A stretch of DNA of 64,000 bases from Flaccisagitta enflata (taxonomy: Eukaryota), in NCBI GenBank assembly GCA_965153355.1, contig OZ231126.1, forward strand, positions 40,052,001 to 40,116,000. The letters run 5' to 3'. Both the position numbers and the translations under genes were made by a program. A model generated the notes under the pieces. The model was given only the letters and a program-made list of their open reading frames with translations, searched no databases and was not told the DNA's origin. This document shows positions 1 through 14,189 of this stretch, piece after piece. The stretch's first letter is position 1; the number at the start of each line of letters is the position of its first letter.

Positions 1-109
1 ATGGTACGCGATCAAGGATAGGTGGAATTGTAAGCGTAATCGTATTTGCTCATGTGGTAACGTACGCGGAATCGTAATCGCTCTAAAAAGCATCACGTTG
101 CCATCGCTG

Positions 110-352
110 GCTCAAACAAACAAACATAAATACGTTCCTTTACTGATCCTGCTTAAAATCATAATAAATTGAAAAAAAAAATCAATTTGAATTTTTTGTA
201 AATAAATTTTCAAAAAATCATAACGCTAAAAATATTTGTTTAAGGGCTTGTGCGATCAATGGAGATTCTCAACTTCCCCATTAGAAAATCAAAACCATGT
301 TTCTCTCCAATATGTCAAAAAGTCGAAGACTGACTTCGACTTTTTTCCCGAT
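110..352 (-). mobile_element. Partial copy of a dispersed repeat family (Helentron-associated-like), same family as 44371-45210 and 56349-57125
   Basis: Contains the reverse complement of the palindromic end AAAAAGTCGAAGTCAGTCTTCGACTTTTTGACATAT seen near 44375 and, diverged, near 56355. Boundaries approximate. Confidence 0.55.
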
Positions 353-429
353 CATGGAAAGATAGCCTTTGTTATAGCCATTGTGATAGTCATGAATGGT
401 AAAGAACTTTTTAATGAGTAAAAATGGTA

Positions 430-960
430 CAGTAGATCTTACTAGACTTGAGGTAACGGGGGCAAGCATTATGGAAAAACCAATGAAGCTAGGGGAGTGA
501 TATTTTGAATATAAACTAATAAAAAAATAATTCATTCCACATAATAGTTGGTTGCAATGGGAACACATTTCTATGTATTCCTGCTATAATAACAATATTC
601 TAAGAGATTTTTTGAGGGAACATTGCTTAAAATTAAATTTGCTACAGCTTTCCCATAATATCGCTGGTTTGGCCGTTGCTAGGGAGTGTATCTATGTGTG
701 ACAGCCCCTAGCAATGGCAAAACAAGCGACATTCTTTTGGAACATATCATAGGAAAGTTGTAGCAAATTTAATTTTAAGCAATGTTCCCTCAAATATTTC
801 TCAAAATATTGATATTGTTGCAGGAATACATGTAAATGTGTTTCCATGGCAACCAACTATTATGGGTAATGAATATTTTTTTTTCAAATATCAGTCCTCT
901 TAATTTATTTGTTTTTCCATATTCTTGCCCCCGGTATCTCAAGTCTAGTAAGATCTACTG
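430..960. mobile_element. Foldback MITE, Tc1/mariner-type
   Basis: Ends CAGTAGATCTTACTAGACTTGAG...CTCAAGTCTAGTAAGATCTACTG, with TA at 428-429 and 961-962. The two halves are imperfect inverted copies over most of the length. No ORF. Confidence 0.85.
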
Positions 961-1358
961 TACCATTTTAAAAAAAGGAAAACAAGCTAAGAAACAGAAA
1001 TTGAACTAAATAAACTTTTACTCATTTAGCTTCTAGTCATCCGTCGTTGACCTGTACCCTATCTGAACTTTGTCACTTATGTGGCTCAGAGATGGTTACC
1101 AGGTTACCTAATGTCGCCACCAAACAACATCAACTAGTAAACCTCCAGTCAAGTTTATAGAGCATGGTGGAAGTGGAACACAGGAATATCGGGTTTCAAA
1201 GTTTAGGCTGCCCATGAATCTCCCAACAACTTATGATGTTGGCTGGAGGGAAACTTTCTTCACAATCCGAGAGTTTATAAATATTCTAAGGCAAAAGAAG
1301 CAGGAAACGACAACCACATCGGAAAATCCATTTATAATTTCCAACGCAAATTCTTGAT

Positions 1359-1415
<57 letters not shown>

Positions 1416-2755
1416 AGACAGACATGTAGTAAGAGGCAAAGAGGCGAACAAAAAGTGAGGCAGGACAAATAACGTAGAGTTGCGATATCCGCGCGGTTAG
1501 GGGCATGGGCAAAATGCGCTTTTTTCGATTTTTTACTCGAGAATTACGGACCGATAGACGGATGGGCGAACGCATGGACGGACAAAGTCTTTTTATACAC
1601 TGTATAATATACAGTCAGGAGTGTGCGACAAAAAACTCTTTGAAAGACTGACAAAGTGACCGGTGATAGAAAGAGACAGTCACAAAAAGGCGGATAGACA
1701 CGGTAACAGACACACACACAGACCGAAAATTTGTGAGGGCAAAGTCTCCTTGTTCCCTTCTCGGCTTTAAATCATTTCCATGAACCATTCCCAAAAGTTT
1801 ATTCAGTGTAATTATCATATTCGAGGTTTTATTGTCTTTCCTCCCAATTTTTCTTAATTTCTTCCCAAAACCTTGGGCCTCTATTTTCCTAACCAGACGC
1901 CTCCTGAGCCAATTCCGTCAAGAGGAAAAGGGAGAGACAGACGAGATTACGGGAAATGAGACATGGTTAGATAAAGACTAACGAAGAAACGCGCAGCTGG
2001 ACTAATTCATCACTTTTATGTACAGAACTAATGTTCCATCAAGAAAAAACACGTTGTTGAATTCGACCTTGTAATCGTGTTACTTATTGTCAATATTTAG
2101 CCTTAGACTAAGACTTAAACTAATTTTGAATGCCCAATTGCCCAGCGAAGCTTTCAATACACGAGTTGAGTGTGGAGCGATCATGTGCGATCATGTGCAG
2201 TACATATTCATCTTTACATGCGGAGTAGAAAAATCAAGGTCAAGTAGGCCGATATGTGCGCCGGGTTGATCGTCAAACGTTTGCGTGACAGACAGACAGA
2301 CCGAGCAACCGACCGACCAACCAAACCGACAGACAGACAGACAGCCAGACAGACTGACAGACAGACAGACACGACCAAATGTGGAGGTGTGTAGGCGCAC
2401 CTGAAAAATCTGTGGTCTGACATTGCACGACTGAAATGATAATGAAATGCGATACTTCACTGAAATCTAAACGAAACTTAAAAGGTAACGTTTGTTATTT
2501 GCACGATCTTTTATGACTATCTCAAAACAATTTCATAGGTACAAGTTATATACCTGCTTGTGATGAATGAGATAGTCATTAGTTACAGCCATTTTCCACG
2601 TGCCTTTACTGCGTGTCTCTCTCTTGGTGGTAGTAATTATTATGCTATGAATTTGCCTTCATTCTTGAATGGTCACCTTCATAAATGAAAAAAATCCGGA
2701 TGAGTTGTCTCAGAATTACAAGATTAATTCCGAACGCCGTGTTTGTGAGTTCGAA

Positions 2756-2802
<47 letters not shown>

Positions 2803-3375
2803 CGGATAGATATGGCGTCTTAATTATTCATGAAATCATCATGAAGCGCAATAAAATGTCATGTATCTCATTTCTCATTTTCCATTACCACGCGAATCAC
2901 AATAAGAAAGAATGAGACGCACCTTTGTATTGCTTGATTTAACAGAGAATAAAATCATTCAAACTTGTTTTTGTTTTTACCATGTCCACTATCCGTATCG
3001 TTCCTCAGAGGAATGATTCTGTGACTTTGTCAGAGAAAACAAGCCCATGTTGTGGCCAATATGTACGCCTTCGCTGATTAAGAATTTGTGAATGGACGTT
3101 TTGAATGAATAAATGATTGGATAAATGGATGAATGGATGAATGGATGAATGGATGAATGGATGAATGGATGAATGGATGAATGAATAGATGATAGGAATG
3201 AAGAAAGACAACAGAATCGGCCGTATTGAGCATTTTAAACGTTTTCGTGACCGACTGACCAACGGACATGACCTTTTACGGATGTTCGAGGTCGCACATG
3301 AAAAACAGATAACAGAATAAAAGGTGAGACACAAACACACAAAACTCTTCAAAACAAACAATCAGTTGATAAAAA

Positions 3376-3578
3376 AACAAGGCCGGATACACAGCTACAG
3401 AAGTCGCGTGCGGGTGGGCAGGGGCCATATTTGAGGTCACCAGACCATTTGGGCAGGAGCAATGAGGTCAAAGAAATAAAACCATAAAAAAAAGTAAAGT
3501 GTGACCAACCGACAGACCGACCGACCGACCAACCGACGGGAAATGCGGGTTGTAGAGTCGCGTGCACGCGACTAAAAA
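3376..3578 (-). mobile_element. HINE/DINE-1-like non-autonomous Helentron-associated element (family A)
   Basis: Terminal palindrome AGTCGCGTGCACGCGACT next to an A/T run, internal (GACC)n microsatellite, other end AACAAGGCCGGATACAC. Related copies at ~3911-4078, 6791-6947, 7175-7318, 11919-12101, 33800-34005, 34435-34610, 39645-39838, 43511-43725, 47514-47721, 50947-51086 and 51156-51317. Superfamily assigned by structural analogy only. Confidence 0.65.
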
Positions 3579-5130
3579 GAACCTAGGAAACTAATAAGTG
3601 GAAATTCTATGAGGTGAGAAACGAGAAATCAAAATAGAAGAGATGTGTCGCTTTGGAAGCTTCGGAAGCAGTCAGATGGTCACGCGGCCCACGCACGCAA
3701 TCAAACGGTGGAATGATAGAATATAAAGGTAAAAAAAAAAGACAATAACAAATACAAAACGGCAGACAAAAAGGAAAACTCTGCCTTTTGATTCCTGGCG
3801 TTTTCATATCCTATGATAAATGGGTTCTCTCTTCCAGAATGGCTCTGTTGTTAGTTTATTTTCCCGTAGTCTGGAAGGTTGTGATTTTCCCCTTTGCAAT
3901 AGCTCTTGTATTTTTAGTTGCGGACACGCAACTCTATAAGAGGCTTTGTCCGTCCGTCGGTCGGTCGGTTGGTCGGTCGGTCGGTTGGTCCGTCACGCTC
4001 GAATTAAAAAGTGGGAAAACGCGCATTTCCGCCCCTGCCCACCCGTCCGCAACTGGTGGCCGTGTATCCTGCCTTGTTCACTTTAGCGCGATAGTCTGGT
4101 TTTGGAAACTCTTCTTCCATATGAGCTCTATATACTGCCATTTCCCTGAAATTCGTCGGGTTTTAAGAATCCCCAACACGAATGCTCAAGCTGTCTTGCT
4201 GTCTTGCAGTATTTTGGCAGTTTGGCAGAAGGATCCTTCCTTCTAAATGGATCTGTTGGGTGTTCAATAGCAAGGCCAACCCAGAAGCTGGGTGCGAAAC
4301 TTAGACAAACCTTTTAACCTATTTTAAACTCTTTTAACCCTCTTTAATCCTTTTAAACCTTTTACAATTCTTTTTAAACTTTTTTGACATTTTTAACGCT
4401 TTTAAACACTCCCTTACAATCTCTAACACCTTGAGCACTTTAAAGAAACTTTTAACGGCATTGGCAGGAGCAGTAACACGAGTATCACCTGTAAGCACCA
4501 AAAAAAGCGTAGTGTTACCAATGGACCGACTAACCGAAATAACGGGTTGTAGATACGCGTAGCAGGCGATTGAATATATGTCATGTAAAGTTAGTTCCTT
4601 AATAGTAAGCAGTATTTTCTGGTTGTCTGGCAGGTTGGGTAATTCCTCTCTAAAACGGAAGCGAAGTTAGAGAAACATCGCATATAAGTTTACCACCCGT
4701 CTACCATGTTACATTTGGGTGCTTCACATCTTGTCCTTATTCTAACCTTTTGGTTGTAATAAACACTAATAAGAGCTCCTAAGGCTCTTGTCCTTATTCC
4801 AATTTTTTTTTGTAATGTAATGTTGTCCTACACACATAGCGAATGTTGGTTATTTCTTTTCATCCTCTTTACCTGATGTGGAATGACCAATTTCAGGACC
4901 CGTAGCAAATTGTTTTTGAGCTAAATTTAATAATGCAGTGACAAAAAACAATATGCTGACATTCTTTGAATTAGCTTTTACTAATTTTGACTCATTAAAG
5001 CATTGTTAATCTACTTTTTAGTAAGCTCTTTCATATCTTATGTCTCTCTCTGACTCTCTCTGACTCTCTCTGACTCTCTGACTCTCTCTCTCTCTGACTC
5101 TCTCTCTGACTCTCTCTCTCTCTGACTCTC

Positions 5131-5221
<91 letters not shown>

Positions 5222-5640
5222 AGTTTTTTTTGCTTTTTCCCATTTTTGTTGTCTTCAGCCTTGGCTTTTGTTGGGGTTTTTTGAGTGAGAAAAGACAGAA
5301 GAGAAAGAAGAAAAAAAAACTTCATGAGAAATTTAAAACTCATTTTGAGGAGTAGTAGGAAAAAAATATAATAATAAAAACTCCGTTCCAAGGATCTGTC
5401 GATTAATTTCTATAACATGAAGAATCCCATCGTTCTAATTTCTTTTCGCTTTTTAAATCCTTTCTTTTTAAATCCTTTGAGATGACTTTTATTTTATTTT
5501 TTTAAAACTCGCCGTTGCAGTGCAGTGATGAATTATTCATCGGCGAAGCGACTAGCAAGGTAAGTAAAGAGTCAGTTCTTCGATACCGATGCCGCCTCGT
5601 CTCTCCGTTAATGACATGAATTGGGTTTTGTCTGTCATAC

Positions 5641-5650
5641 NNNNNNNNNN
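5641..5650. other. Assembly gap (10 N)
   Basis: Run of n characters. Confidence 1.
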
Positions 5651-5810
5651 AGTCATATTGCAATAATTTTCAAAAAATGGAGAGATGGTTCAAAAATGGA
5701 GAGATGATTAGTCATATAGCAGGTATTTTCAATAAATGGAGAGATGGTTCAAAAATGGAGAGATGATTAGTCATATTGAAGGTATTTTCAAAAAATGGAG
5801 AGATGAACCC
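5651..5810. repeat. 59-bp tandem repeat, ~2.7 copies, abutting the gap
   Basis: AGTCATAT...TTTTCAAAAAATGGAGAGATG units start at 5651, 5710 and 5769. Confidence 0.8.
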
Positions 5811-5994
5811 AATGGATAGATAGACACAAGGAATTAGCAATATGATGTCCTTAAGGTTTTTTTCAAAAAAGGGATAGATGTGAATGGAGAGTTAAAAAAC
5901 CTCTGCCTCTTTTTTCGTTCTTGAGAATAAAGATGCATCTACCACTTTCTTCTACTTCTCCGACTTCTCGTCCAATTCTTCCTTGGTCTGGATT

Positions 5995-6061
<67 letters not shown>

Positions 6062-6490
6062 GGCTGTTGTTGATGTTTTTGTTGTTGTTGTTTCTATTGT
6101 AGTTATTGTTAATTTTTCTTCTTCTTTTTCTTTTTCTTTTTCTTTTTCTTTTTCTTCTTTTTCTTCTTTCTCCTCTAGAGGAAAAAAGCTTTTTCTTTTT
6201 CTCCCTGCTTTTTTCTAGTTTTTTTTTAGCCCTCCTTCCTCTGTTTTTGTTATCTCCGTTTTTCCATTCCTTCATATACTTTAACTTTTCCGCTGTTTTT
6301 CGTCAAACGTCATCATCTATTCCCCTTCTTATTCTTCCCTCCTTATCATCGTCTTCTTTATAGGCATCTCTCCTTTTCCCTTTACTTTTTACTACCTCTT
6401 TCCATGTCCCCCCCCCCTAAGCTTCAACGTTAAGTCATTTTCCATCTTCAATGGAAGTTCTGACTCCGCGTAAAAAAATCCAGCCACCAG

Positions 6491-6566
<76 letters not shown>

Positions 6567-7847
6567 AAAAAGACAACCTGAGACATTTAACATAAAGATT
6601 TTTTTACATAAGAACACATATATCCTGATGTTTTATGTGTGATGTTAACGCTACTATTATTTACTGATGCACAAGTGAATCCAGCTCTTGGTAGATGTTT
6701 TTAGATGCGTCCTCGCATCTCTATGATAGGCTGTGTCCGTTGGTTGGTTGGTCGGTTGTTAATGCATTCATTAAAAACAACAAATCATTCATTTTTAGTC
6801 GCGGACACGCGACTCTACACCTTGCCGTGTCGGTCGGTATGTCGGTAGGTCGGTAGGTCCGTCACATTTTTGAATTCCAAGCGGTTTTTGCAATACTGCT
6901 CCCGCCCAACCGTCCGCGACTGGATTGTCGTGTATCCGGCCTTGTTTCAACAGAAAAGTGGTCCTAACCCAGTAAAAGTAGCATACCTCTAGCAATTCAT
7001 TCATTCATAAATGACATTCATTCATAAAAAACATTCATTCATAAAAAACATTCATTCATAAAAAAACATTCCTTCATAAAAAACATTCATTCATAAAAAA
7101 CATTCATTCATAAAAAACATTCATTCAAAGAGTTGGCCTACTTGGCCTTGTTAACAAGCAAGAAGCATACCATTTCTAGTCGCGACGACGCGCCTATCAA
7201 ACCCACTTTCTGGTTGGTCTGTCCCTCCGTCGGTCTGTACGTCAAAATTTCGCACTAATAGTTTTCCGCTCCTGCCCGCCTGTTCGCAACTAAGGTTGCC
7301 ATGTATCCTGCCTTGTTCAACCAGCCGTGCTAAACGTTAATTCAGGTTCTTTGATTAACGTTATTTGGGCCATCACATTCCAAGTCAAGATTGGCGCCTT
7401 ACCTTGTCTAAGGATTAATGTAGCAACTACGAAGATTGTTGCAGTTTCGTTTGCGGATCGATAATGGTAGTAAGAGGTAAGCCCTGGAACAGTTTACAAA
7501 AGCTTACTAATCAGTGTATTTTATTCCACTATGCTCCATGTCAAATAGGGAATTGTGTCGCGCATTTTCAGCTCTGCCTTTTCATCCGCTGTGCCTATCG
7601 TACATTTTAGTAGAAATGATGGATTAATTTTGGTGAGTTAGTGATAAAATGAGGGTAGGTTGTGTTACTTAGAATCTGAGTGGTGAGAATTTTGAAATTC
7701 TCATCATTCAGATTCTCAGTGATGAGAATTATATTCTCATAACTCAGATTGTCTATCTTTCTATCTTTTTCTCATGACTCAGAATCTAAGTTATGAGAAT
7801 TTTTTTTATCATTTCATTCATTCTTTTTTTACCTGTTTGTCTGTTTG

Positions 7848-7919
<72 letters not shown>

Positions 7920-8397
7920 GTTCGAGCGCTTAGCGAGGTCGGACGTAAATTCTAAATCTCCAGTTATTTCTTATTTACTGAAAACATTTTTTAACTTTTT
8001 CCTTTTATTTCAAACGTAACCTTGTGTATTAGTGATTCTGTAGATTTAGGTAAACGCTTAATTCAAGTTTGTTGATCAAGCGAGATGCTGAAATTGAAGG
8101 AAAACGATTTTGCTGCCTCCAAGACGCGAACATGCTTCCGGGTGCCTGCGCCTCTTTGCCAAGACGCCCTTGCACCTTACAAAAGGGTTACGACTACTAA
8201 AGATTGAAAAATTGTCATTGAGCATCGTCTCATCGCCCAAGACTTCGGTGGAAGATGTCGCAGTTGAAGGAGAAGCATTGCGATTTCTTCAGTAGCAGCT
8301 AAATGCGATACGGCACAATTGAAGATGGCGGCAACAACAGAAACAACAACAACAACAACAACAACAACAGAAACAACAACAGCAACAACAAAAACAG

Positions 8398-8468
<71 letters not shown>

Positions 8469-8793
8469 AACATCCTTTTGCAGCGCTGTCAAGAAGTCGG
8501 AGTGTAGGCGGAACATGCAAACGTGGAAGATGCAGCCAAAACGGTCCTCCGGACAAATCGCCTGGACGTTCGAGGACCTTACAATGATGAAGTACGACGA
8601 AAAGGAGAAATCATGTCACCGGGCTGAGGCTCACTTTTCATCAATTCGGTTGGAGATGTAGCCGTTGTAGAAGACATGTTGAAGATCTGCCCCACGACAA
8701 CTTAGCGACAGAAGACGGCAAAGGCGAAATAAAAAGCTGATACCATCAGGCTTACATATTCATATATTCACTATCCTATCAGTTCGAGTTGAA

Positions 8794-8947
<154 letters not shown>

Positions 8948-9450
8948 GTTATTCTCTTCTCTGCACTTATGCAAAATAGCAAAATAAAAAGAAATTATTT
9001 TTCTTTGGAGGTAGAATTCTGTCTTGCAAGAATCCCCCTAATGCTTGCCCATTGGTTAATTGATTAGTATTCCTGACGGAGCTAACAACTAGCTCATTGA
9101 CCCACTGTCACCAATAGCTTAGCTCTGTCAACCAAGGTAAAATCACATTTTGTAATTGTGGAGTACATAGAATGGACACAGAGCCGATGTTTTGAAAAAC
9201 ACAGGAGTGAACTGTTATATATGTCCCTGCTCTGACCGAGATATGTCATGCCTCAAAACCGTGGCGCGATTTGGGGCCATATTTTGGTGCGAGTTCTGGC
9301 CCTAATTACCATTCCCCTTCGTAGTGATGAGCCAGATCTGGCTTTAAAAACAACAGCACAATTTGGGAGGGAATATGGAGCCAGATCGCGCGTGTTGTTC
9401 TTACTCCTGTGAAACCTCTCTCACAATTTTTTTTTCTCTCTCTCTTTCTT

Positions 9451-9485
<35 letters not shown>

Positions 9486-11026
9486 TCTCTCCTTTTCCTC
9501 CAAAATCTCCCCCCTTTTTTCTCTTCTTCCTCCTCTTTTTTTTTCACCTTCTTCTTTTTCTTCTTTTTTTTTCTTCTTCTGCTCTTTCTTCTTTTTCTTC
9601 TTCTGCTCTTTTTTCTTCTTCTTCTTCTTCTTCTTCTTCTTCTTCTTCTTCTTCTTCTTCTTCTTCTTCTTCTTCTTCGTCTTTTTCTTCTTCCTCTTTG
9701 TTTTTTTTCTTCTTTATCTTTTGCTTCTTCTTCTTTATAGTTGTGGACACACAAATCTAAAGACTCTATAAGAGGCAAAAGTCAAAAAGTGGGAAAATGA
9801 GTGTAGCCCTGAGGATGGGGGGGGACAAACAGATGGATGAATGGATGGATGGACGGACAGATTCCCCCTGTGTTCTACAGGACTTTGTCCCCTTTGGGGC
9901 CGCTGGCCTGCTCCCCCTCAACTTGAATCACACACTCCTCAAGCAGGGCACGGGTACCGCTGACCACTTACTGCCTTTGGGCTGCTATTTCTAAGTGCAA
10001 CCATTCATAAATCTGGTATTGATTTTCTCTATAAGTATTAAAAGTATTTAGAACCATAGCACAAGTGACATAGGGTCAAAGTATTGTTGCAGATGGGTGG
10101 GCAGGGGCATCCAACCCCTATAAACCACAACCTCCTTATCCTAGATTTATTCTTCAAACTTGACTAAATACATTTATGCAATCTGAACCACAACCTGCCT
10201 CCTTTTCCATAATAACATATAGGAAGGAAAAAGAGCCAAATTACCATTTTGCATTATCTAATGGGTCTTAAATTCTATAGGGGATGTTTTCTACCATCAA
10301 ATGGTGCCCATAGCTAGCAAACATAAAGGATCAAGCATATCAAGTCAAAAGCCCCTAAGCTGGAGGTTGGATGCCCATCCACAATAATATTGTGACTCTG
10401 CATCACTAGTTCCACCTTTTTGGGCAGCGTCCCCAAAAGGCCAATCTCCTGTAGAAGACAGGGGAGGATTTCCAGATGTCAGTCTGTACTTCCATCCATT
10501 CATCCTTCCGTCCATCTGTCTGTCCTTCCTTCCATCCTTGTGTACTTCCTACCCCCCTCCCCCAATGACCATCAAGGCCTCAAATTTGTCCTCCCAGCCC
10601 TCAATTTAGCCCTCCAGACCTTCACTTAGCCCTCCAAGCATCAAACCAGCCCTCTGTGACTTAAATTTGCTCTCAAATTCTCATATCTTCTCTCCAAGCC
10701 TTAATTCTGCCCTCCAGCCTTCAAATACGCCTTTAGTGGCCTACATCAGTCATCTGATTCTAAGGCCTGAAATATGCCCCTTCAGGACATCTGGAAATTC
10801 CCCCTGTGTTCTACAGGATATGGGCTCTGCTCTCACTCCACTTTTTTACTGGATCACCCCCAACAGAGCATCGGGTACCGCTAACCATGTGCCATCTTTA
10901 CTTACTTAATCATGAAAAGTGGATGAACGGACCAATGGATGAAAAAAGCCTCTTGTAGCGTTGACATGTACTGTACATATGCGAAGAAAACTTACTCTCA
11001 TGGGCGTGTGTGTATATGTGTGTTTG

Positions 11027-11105
<79 letters not shown>

Positions 11106-11308
11106 CACATTTGTGTGTTTGAGTCTGTGAATTTTTACCAACTTTTTTTGATACCTTCACCTTTAAAAATGATTCATTCAAAAAATTATGTGTGTCTTGG
11201 TAATTGTATAGATTGTAAGTTAAGTCTAACATATGCTTTCTATAAAGAGTGACCCTGAGTTTTTTTGGAAACAGAAAGAATAAAAAGAGAAAGAAACAGG
11301 AAAGAGAG

Positions 11309-11430
<122 letters not shown>

Positions 11431-11730
11431 AAAAGAGAGAGAGAGAGAGAGTTAGAGTATGATTCCATCTGAATAAGGACCGGGATCTGGGGCGATTTTT
11501 AGTCCTCCATCCAGTACTGTTGTCTTCATAGAAGATGGAGTGAATAAAGATGAAAAGAGATCTGGCTTGCTTTTCATGGTCCAGATCTCTTAACCCAGAT
11601 ATAGCACCAAAATATGGGGCCAAATCGCGGGGCTGTTTTAAAGAAGGATATACCTGCTCTGACCTCACTACCCTAAAACAGCAATGAAGTAGAGCAATAG
11701 ATACTGATAACCATCTGCAATCCATGGATG

Positions 11731-12904
11731 CAGGCCCGGCCAGGGGGGGGTCACCCCATCTGAAATAGGAGGCCCGGGCAACAGTGGGACCTGTGAGAGC
11801 CTCTGTGATACAAAAAAAAGAAAAAAAAAGAAAAAAAGAAAGAAAAAAGGAAAAAAAGAAAAAGAAAAAGAAAGAGAGAAATCAAGAATGAAAAAAAGAG
11901 GGAAATTAAAACAAAAGAAGGCAGGATACATGGCTACCCAAGTTGCATGCGGGTGGGTAAGGGCCATATTTAAGGTCACTAGACCATTTAGGCAGGAGCG
12001 GTGAGGTCCAAACATAAAAATCATGAAAAAAGTATAGTGTGACTGACAGACCGACCGACGGACCAACAAAATGGGGTGTAGAGTCGTGTAGCACGCGACT
12101 ACTATCTAGAGCAAAAGTATGGCAACACCATGCGATTTTATTTATCTATTCAATAAATAGAACATAATATGATTCCAAAATATGTTGACTACTTGGCGTT
12201 CCCTCCTTGGGCATCAATGACTGCCTTCATAGGTCTCAGCATGTATTTGTAAAGAAGTTTTAGGCAAGTTGGCAAGATCTACCTCCAGACTTTGAGAGAG
12301 ATTCTTTTAAGCCTTGCTATGCAACCTAAGTCGCATGTCCCTTGCTTAGTGGTGGCTTTGTTTGAGACCACAGCGGGGGTTGAGATTTGGGCTGTCCCCT
12401 AGCCAACCACCAGAAAGTTTAACAGTGTTTTTTGTGTGCCATTGCTTCTTTGTAACAGCGCAATGTATCAGAGTGCCACATCTCAATAATTAACTGCAAT
12501 TTTTTTGCCATTTTTTATTTGTTGTGGCAATCTTGTTTTGTCTGTCATTTCTAAATGCTTTGACTTAGATGAATGCGGTTGGCGCCATTAGCTCAGAAAT
12601 TTTATCTAATTTCAGAATCTCACTGATTTTTATATAGATTTTTTCTTTTAAACAAAGATATTGTTCTAAATATCTGTTGCCATACTTTTGCTCTAGATAG
12701 TAATAAGATAAGGGAGTGAAAAAAAAGGTTCTATCCAAATTACAAGTTCTGGAGGCTGAAGTTTCAGCACTGGAACAAACTTTAAGGCAGTAAAAAAATA
12801 TTGCAAAAGTCGAAATATTAAGAGTAAAGGAGGGGGCTGAAGGGGGAGGGGAGCCCAACCAAGGGAGCCAGCAGAGGGGCCCACCATTTTTCTGGCCGGG
12901 TCTG
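11731..12904. mobile_element. hAT-type MITE carrying nested insertions
   Basis: TIR CAGGCCCGGCCAG / CTGGCCGGGTCTG (12/13). The flanking 8-mers CATGGATG and CTTGGATA match 6/8, consistent with a decayed 8-bp TSD. Confidence 0.65.
12102..12700 (-). mobile_element. Internally deleted Tc1-family transposon
   Basis: Perfect 26-bp TIR CTATCTAGAGCAAAAGTATGGCAACA and TA TSD. The minus strand at ~12190-12260 encodes ...MLRPMKAVIDAQGGNAK*, matching the typical Tc1 transposase C-terminus (MPRRxxAVIxAxGGxTKY). Confidence 0.85.
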
Positions 12905-13000
12905 CTTGGATAACTTGCCAGCGTACTGTAAGACTCAATCAATGGAGCGAAAAAATTATTAGAGACACAAATTTACACACACACACACGCACACGCACAT

Positions 13001-13062
<62 letters not shown>

Positions 13063-13088
13063 ACAAACACGGGGGAAGAAAAAAAAGA

Positions 13089-13243
<155 letters not shown>

Positions 13244-13499
13244 CAAAGAGCTACAAAAACACTGAATTTAGAGAAAAATCTAAGTTATGAGAAAAAGATA
13301 GAAAGACAGACAATCTGAGTTATGAGAAATAACAAAATTGTCAAATTCTCATAACATAGAATCTGAGTTATGAGAAAAGTGCTAAATTCTAAGTAACGCG
13401 ACTTAGAAAAATCTGAATAACGAGATTTTCCCATAAAAGGATGCCCTACTGGCTACTCTAACATCATTCTGCAATTGGGGCCATGTGGTTGGATATTTA

Positions 13500-13975
13500 G
13501 CCTCAAAGCTGGAATCTGGGCTTTGAGGCTCGATTCTGAGCCTTGAGGCTAAATTTTAGGCTTTGAGGCTGGAATCTGAGGCTTGAAGCTGGAATATGAG
13601 CCTTCAGGCCGGAATTTGAGCCTCGAGGCTGGATTTTTGGCTTAAAGTCCAGATTTGAGGGTCGAGGGGGTGGACAGAGGAGGAGTAGAGGGACGAGAAG
13701 TGGAGAGACTGGATTCTGGGCTTTGAGGCTCAATTTGAGCCTTGAGGCTGAATTCTAAGCTTCGAGGCTGAAATTTGAGGCTAGTAGCTGGAATTTGAGC
13801 CTCAAGGCTGGAATTTGAGCCTCAAGGCTAATAATTGAGCCTCGAGGCTAGATTTTGGGCTTTAGGGCTGGTCGAGGGGGTGGACGGAGAAGGAGGAGAA
13901 GAAGGAGGAGGAGAAATTTCCCATATGTGTGAAAGCATAGGTCATCGGCACCTTCGGGGCCGCTGCCCAAAAAGG
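13500..13975. mobile_element. Dispersed element family B (GGGCAGCGGCCCCGAAGG end) with an internal ~20-bp GGCTGGAATTTGAGCCTCGA-type tandem array
   Basis: Ends CTTCGGGGCCGCTGCCCAAAAA. Relatives at ~9820-9990, 10420-10900, 32121-32927, 42150-42290, 52020-52265 and 52400-52935. Confidence 0.6.
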
Positions 13976-14189
13976 GAACATTTTCTTTTGCTAGTTTCTG
14001 CTTAACTATGGACCTGAACCATAGAAAATCTATGACCATTTTAAAGCTCTGCAAAAAAATCTGAACAGTATCTGGGTCCGCGACGGAAGGGGGTTACAGA
14101 TCACCAATTCCATAAGATCGCTATGACCAAAAGATCGCTAACTCTGTAAGTTCGCTGAAACTAAAAATCTTTACATTAGAGCCTCCTCC

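Noticed and set aside
5520-5565. Short possible exon (MNYSSAKRLA) with a strong AAG|GTAAGT donor
   Set aside because: No recognisable product or partner exon, and it lies next to an assembly gap.
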